DNA of 64,000 nucleotides from an uncultured Acidimicrobiales bacterium (GTDB lineage Bacteria; Actinomycetota; Acidimicrobiia; Acidimicrobiales; SZUA-35): NCBI GenBank assembly GCA_963775125.1, contig CAVZHQ010000006.1, positions 65,663 to 129,662 of the forward strand, read 5' to 3'. Shown piece by piece: positions 62,901 to 64,000 of this stretch (position 1 is its first letter; each line of letters starts with the position of its first letter). The notes under the pieces were generated by a model. It saw only the letters and a program-made list of their open reading frames with translations, ran no database searches and was not told where the DNA came from. The position numbers and the translations under genes were made by a program.

Positions 62901-62945
62901 CAGCGTTGCATGAGACAGCGTTGCATGAGACAGCGTTGCATGAGG
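62901..62945. repeat. 15-bp tandem repeat x3, located 32-76 nt upstream of the acyl-CoA dehydrogenase start
   Basis: Units are cagcgttgcatgaga / cagcgttgcatgaga / cagcgttgcatgagg. Confidence 0.95.
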
Positions 62946-62976
62946 CACGGTCAACAAGCACGAGAAACGAGTAAGC

Positions 62977-64000
62977 ATGTCCAACGAGTCGGTGCAGGAA
63001 ATCGAAGGCCTGGCCAACGCATTCGTCGACGAGTTCTGGGATCCGTCGCTCACGGTCGGACAGTGGTGGGCCCATCTCACTCGTGAGCGTTTCGTCAACA
63101 TGACCCTGCCGGTCAGCGGCGGGGGGGCGAGGATGGAGCGGGCCCCAGGCCGCTGCGGCCAACAAGGTCATGACCGAACGTCGGGTTCTCGGACCGCCCA
63201 GTGGACTCGGCATGCTGCTGGCAGCACCGACGATCGCCACCCACGGGACACCCGAACAGATCGACCGATGGGTGCCGAACATCCTCAACGGCACCGAATC
63301 GTGGTGCCAGCTGTTCTCCGAGCCCGGCGCCGGCTCCGACCTGGCCGGCCTTCAGACCAAGGCGGTGCAGGACGGCGATGAGTGGATCATCACCGGTCAG
63401 AAGGTGTGGACCTCGAATGGACACCATTCGAACTGGGGCATGCTCATCGCTCGCACCGACCCCGAGCTCCCCAAGCATCAGGGCATCACCTACTTCGGGT
63501 TTCCCATGAACCAGCCCGGTGTCGAGGTCCGGCCGCTCACCGAGATGACCGGACGAGCGCTCTTCAACGAGGTCTTCATCGAAGAAGCGCGGGTCTCATC
63601 GGCCAACATGCTCGGGGCCCGCGGCGATGGCTGGCGGGTGGCCAACACGACGTTGGCCTTCGAGCGGTCGGGCATCGGCGGAGGCCACGGCGGCGGGTTC
63701 GGGACCGCGACCCCCGGCCCCATCGCGGGCAACCTCGACCGCCCGGTCGCCGACTTCCTGGGCAAACGCGAGGCAATGTCGGTCGGAGCGGTCGGCCGTC
63801 GCATCCTCAGTCTCCTCAGCGAGGAGGCCGCCGCTCGGGGCAAGGACACCGATCCGGTGGTGCGCCAGAAGCTGGCCCAGCTCCACACCCTCCACCGCAT
63901 TGCCTCGATGACCATGCAACGGCAGTCGGCCGAGCGGAGGACGGGGCGCAAGAACACGGGCCTTGGAGCCGGCGTCGAAGGCAACGTCGCCAAGGTGCAG
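62977..64000 (+). pseudogene. Acyl-CoA dehydrogenase (3' end outside the window); frameshift in the G7 run 63121-63127 as assembled
   Basis: ORF 62977.. reads MSNESVQEIEGLANAFVDEFW..TLPVSGGG. The +1 frame then stays open to the window end: RGWSGPQAAAANKVM..CQLFSEPGAGSDLAGLQTKAVQDGDEWIITGQKVWTS..GITYF..EVRPL... A run of G6 instead of G7 would restore SGGGRGWS. Confidence 0.85.

Overview
High-GC, densely coding chromosomal segment with an actinobacterial gene order: prsA-like/mazG, then eno-ftsB, then DUF501-ppx, plus korAB and a WXG100 gene next to an FtsK/SpoIIIE secretion ATPase. The many DUF4214 secreted proteins suggest an Acidimicrobiia-like organism, but that is inference only. I recognise about 55 protein genes. 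By eye there is no rRNA, tRNA, CRISPR array, transposase or integrase. Most of the window is ordinary metabolism: a BVMO, SDRs, LLM/F420 oxidoreductases, a carboxyltransferase, crotonases, an ADH, an amidohydrolase, an epoxide hydrolase and an acyl-CoA dehydrogenase. Items worth a second look: (1) a minimal type VII-like locus (WXG100 followed by an FHA-containing three-domain FtsK/SpoIIIE ATPase, flanked by a Cas4-like nuclease), divergent from a MoxR(AAA+)/metallopeptidase-like-VWA/unknown three-gene operon; (2) a 6.8 kb block (CoxS+CoxM without CoxL, XdhC, a GGDEF/degenerate-EAL sensor, MocA, CoxG) wedged into the conserved eno-ftsB|DUF501-ppx synteny; (3) a DosRS-like operon (USP, NarL-type regulator, PAS-PAS-GAF kinase, HDAC-type deacetylase) with translational coupling; (4) Tad pseudopilin genes headed by a Flp-like leader fused to a ricin-like beta-trefoil; (5) three secreted proteins that share a C-terminal DUF4214 module; (6) a recurring family of short tandem repeats, mostly 15 bp x3-5, in protein linkers and in intergenic spacers; (7) about 18 single-base frameshifts in otherwise intact conserved genes, several inside homopolymers, which look like assembly indels rather than decay. 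Disrupted genes are listed as pseudogene, meaning disrupted as assembled. All functional calls rest on motif recognition by eye; no searches were run.
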